From: a virus
Lineage: Duplodnaviria > Caudoviricetes
DNA: 64,000 bases
Strand: one strand, 5' to 3'
IMG/VR virus record: IMGVR_UViG_3300009370_002257
Location: 1-64,000 of that record
Part shown: piece by piece, positions 61,868 to 64,000 of the stretch
Position numbering within the stretch: the stretch's first letter is position 1
Layout: the number at the start of each line of letters is the position of its first letter
Position numbers and translations under genes: made by a program
The notes under the pieces: model-generated
Told to the model about the DNA's origin: nothing
The model's input: only the letters and a program-made list of their open reading frames with translations
Databases searched by the model: none

Positions 61868-62623
61868 ATGAGCAAAAAAATTGGCTTCAATCGTACTCAG
61901 GACGACGACAATCGCCCTAACGAAACTCCCGAGAGAGACGGGTACGGACTTCTACCGGACTCTTTAGCGGAATATGTCTACGATGAAAGCGGCTCGATTG
62001 ACTGGCGCAAGATGGTGAAGCAACAGTATCTCGTTTCTAATAGGAGTCGGACCTCAGAGACAGACGTGTCAAAGCTGGAGGACAGAGACCTCCTTATTCT
62101 CCTCGGAGGCATAAAAGAACTTGCTCAAATTAGGGGTTACACCTCAGTGAACTATCAAGTCTCATGCCCATGCCCAGAATACGTTGTCGCGGTTTGCACA
62201 ATTAATTGGATTCCCAATTTCGAGACAGGAATGAAAGCTGTTTCATTCTCTGCTATAGGTGACGCTTCTCCCAATAATACAAAAAGTTTTGCGCGACACT
62301 TCCTAGGCCCTATAGCTGAAAATAGAGCCTTCGTTCGCTGCGTGAGAAACTTTCTTAAAATCCATATCGTCTCCCAAGAAGAGATGGGGGACGCGAAACT
62401 CTTAGATGACTCTGCCGCCCAAGGAGACACAGCGAATCCAAAGGCTCTCCTGTCTAAGTTGATGACCGATAAAAACATAACCTTCGAAAGCGTTAAGGCT
62501 AAATTGGTTAAAGAGGGATTTGAGAAAGCAGAAACGATGAGCGGAGTGGAAGACATTCCCGTAGCAAAATGTTTCGCCCTAATAGAAAGAATCAAGAAGG
62601 CTAGGAAGAAAAAGGCTTCCTAG
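61868..62623 (+). CDS. hypothetical protein, possible Rad52-fold ssDNA-annealing protein
   Basis: GGIKELAQ.RG, VAVCTI.W, AIGDAS, AENRAFVRCVRNFLKI pattern. Confidence 0.45.
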   Translation: MSKKIGFNRTQDDDNRPNETPERDGYGLLPDSLAEYVYDESGSIDWRKMVKQQYLVSNRSRTSETDVSKLEDRDLLILLGGIKELAQIRGYTSVNYQVSCPCPEYVVAVCTINWIPNFETGMKAVSFSAIGDASPNNTKSFARHFLGPIAENRAFVRCVRNFLKIHIVSQEEMGDAKLLDDSAAQGDTANPKALLSKLMTDKNITFESVKAKLVKEGFEKAETMSGVEDIPVAKCFALIERIKKARKKKAS

Positions 62624-62946
62624 TCCTTGGGGTATTCTTCTTTTACAGATATAATAAAATTTTTTAATTCCTCGAGCTTTTCAGTGCGCCCCATAGCTGC
62701 TTCGGTAAGCGCCTCAAATTGAGAGTGAAGGGGCCAAAGAGCCATGATTTTACGCCTCCTCTCGTTGATCGTGTTTTCATTTTCAATTTCGTCTTGAAAT
62801 TCTTGGCTTTCCCAAATTTCTAACAACTCTTCGTAAGTAGGCTTTGGCGTTTCGTTATCTGCCCAATCAAGCCCTTCGTAAGAATTGCCAGACAAAGACC
62901 ATTTCTTATCTGAATATTTTAATATTAATATATCTGATATGTTCAT
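62620..62946 (-). CDS. putative tail fibre assembly/chaperone-like protein
   Basis: ILILKY....WSL.GN.YEGL.W....PKPT.EEL pattern typical of genes after tail fibres; stop overlaps the opposite gene at CTAG. Confidence 0.6.
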   Translation of the reverse strand: MNISDILILKYSDKKWSLSGNSYEGLDWADNETPKPTYEELLEIWESQEFQDEIENENTINERRRKIMALWPLHSQFEALTEAAMGRTEKLEELKNFIISVKEEYPKD

Positions 62947-63971
62947 ATCGGCACCTCTGGATTATGTTTCATTTCTCTTATCCAGACGACAGAAGTCGCC
63001 TTGTCTCCGAAAATATCCTCGGGCTGTTTCGTAATCGTCCCGTTGCATCTATTAATGTAAACTTTTTGCCCTCTATAGTTATAAAAGGATGGCTTCGCAA
63101 CACCGACCCGAATTTGATACTCCTGCCTTATGCCAGCGATTTCTGATCGAGCGATATGCCTTAGCCTTAGGGTGTGCATTTGATCTGGCCAACTCACAGA
63201 CTGACTCCACATTTTCTCGGGAGAGGTTTTATTACCCCTGAATATGGCGCACGCTATATCTGTTAATTCGGTAGCAGTCACGCACAGGTCCACATCTATC
63301 AATAAATAAGTGTCAGACTTCAAAGGCTCGACCCAAATAGAGGCGATCTCAACCCCCTCGGTATTCGTCACGTTCCCCCTAGTGTCCATAGTCTCTGTGG
63401 TAACAAACTGGCCGCTAAATTCAGTCCAATTCATTTGGACGCTAAGAGCTAATTCGGAAACGAGCGCATGATTTACTCCGGTTAGGAATGTCTCGAGATC
63501 TCTTTGAAAAATTCCACCAGCATTACCTCTAACTAAAAAACTATTAATGCCCGGCTCTGCGACGGGCGCAGAGAACGACATGTTACCATCAACCACCACG
63601 TCGTCATATATATTGTATAAATCTTTTCTTATTTCATAACAGCATTTAGTATAAGAACTAACGTTGTTTGATATTTCCATTCTAAATCTAGGAAATTTTT
63701 CTATATCTGTTTTGGGCAAAGTTCCCGGGACAAGGCCGGTTATAATAAACCCGTCCTTGGCCATACTTGCCTCAACGAAGCTACCCACGAAAGCCGGGTC
63801 CGGCACTTTTTGCCACTCCACAACTTGGGTTCTTTGATCGAACTGATCTATGAAATGTACCTCGTCCACGTCCCTTAGCCACGCACCTTGAATTTCAAAT
63901 GGAGACCCCTCTACCCCCATTTGCGGGGCAAATCCTGAAATAGTCACCGTTTCTTGATATGTAAACGACAT
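62943..63971 (-). CDS. putative virion/tail fibre-related protein
   Basis: Beta-rich; IPT/TIG-like N-terminus (VTISGF....G.....I.G..L); adjacent to the chaperone-like gene. Confidence 0.5.
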   Translation of the reverse strand: MSFTYQETVTISGFAPQMGVEGSPFEIQGAWLRDVDEVHFIDQFDQRTQVVEWQKVPDPAFVGSFVEASMAKDGFIITGLVPGTLPKTDIEKFPRFRMEISNNVSSYTKCCYEIRKDLYNIYDDVVVDGNMSFSAPVAEPGINSFLVRGNAGGIFQRDLETFLTGVNHALVSELALSVQMNWTEFSGQFVTTETMDTRGNVTNTEGVEIASIWVEPLKSDTYLLIDVDLCVTATELTDIACAIFRGNKTSPEKMWSQSVSWPDQMHTLRLRHIARSEIAGIRQEYQIRVGVAKPSFYNYRGQKVYINRCNGTITKQPEDIFGDKATSVVWIREMKHNPEVPI

Positions 63972-64000
63972 ATTTTAACTATACTTTCACTACGTAGTTA

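Noticed and set aside
148-63146. Numerous antisense or alternate-frame ORFs in the track (e.g. 148-348, 429-650, 2582-3145, 4160-4531, 18958-19302, 20937-21311, 62155-62595)
   Set aside because: They lie fully within well-supported genes on the other strand or frame and show no motifs
1-64000. Stop-codon reassignment as in some large phages
   Set aside because: Conserved proteins are full length under the standard code and end at expected C-termini with TAG (nrdB), TGA (several ATGA overlaps) and TAA

Overview
This 64 kb window is most consistent with a fragment of a large (jumbo-type) dsDNA bacteriophage genome, using the standard genetic code. This is an inference: genes are tightly packed with many ATGA/TAATG overlaps, the content is phage-like, and no capsid, terminase or portal gene is visible in the window. 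Approximately 1-22 kb, mostly minus strand, holds accessory and auxiliary metabolic genes: GMP reductase (partial, missed by the ORF track), a SET domain protein, ribosomal protein bS21, an ECF sigma factor, a lysine-6-dehydrogenase / aldehyde-dehydrogenase / HPPD-like dioxygenase operon, split HldE-like heptose enzymes, a eukaryotic-type phosphomannomutase, Hsp20, two 2OG-Fe(II) oxygenases, signal peptidase I, a trypsin-like protease, tRNA-Leu(TAA) and tRNA-Arg(TCT). At about 22 kb is a ~360 nt structured non-coding region with its own promoter and terminator. About 22-31 kb covers nucleotide metabolism (dUTPase, dCMP deaminase, dNMP kinase, a second sigma factor, and a ribonucleotide reductase whose beta subunit lacks the radical tyrosine). 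About 32-50 kb is a dense glycosylation island. About 48-62.6 kb is a replication module (RecA-like, DnaB, primase, Cas4-like nuclease, DnaE split over PHP + exonuclease + core genes, and glycosyltransferases). The window ends with two probable tail-related genes. The intergenic DNA shows a recurring promoter code: TTGAY-type sigma70 promoters with GTAA at a fixed spacer position, probably leaderless starts, a second GTGTAA-based motif, and one sigma54 site. No CRISPR array, intron, intein or transposase was seen. All protein-family calls come from recognising motifs by eye; no database search was run.
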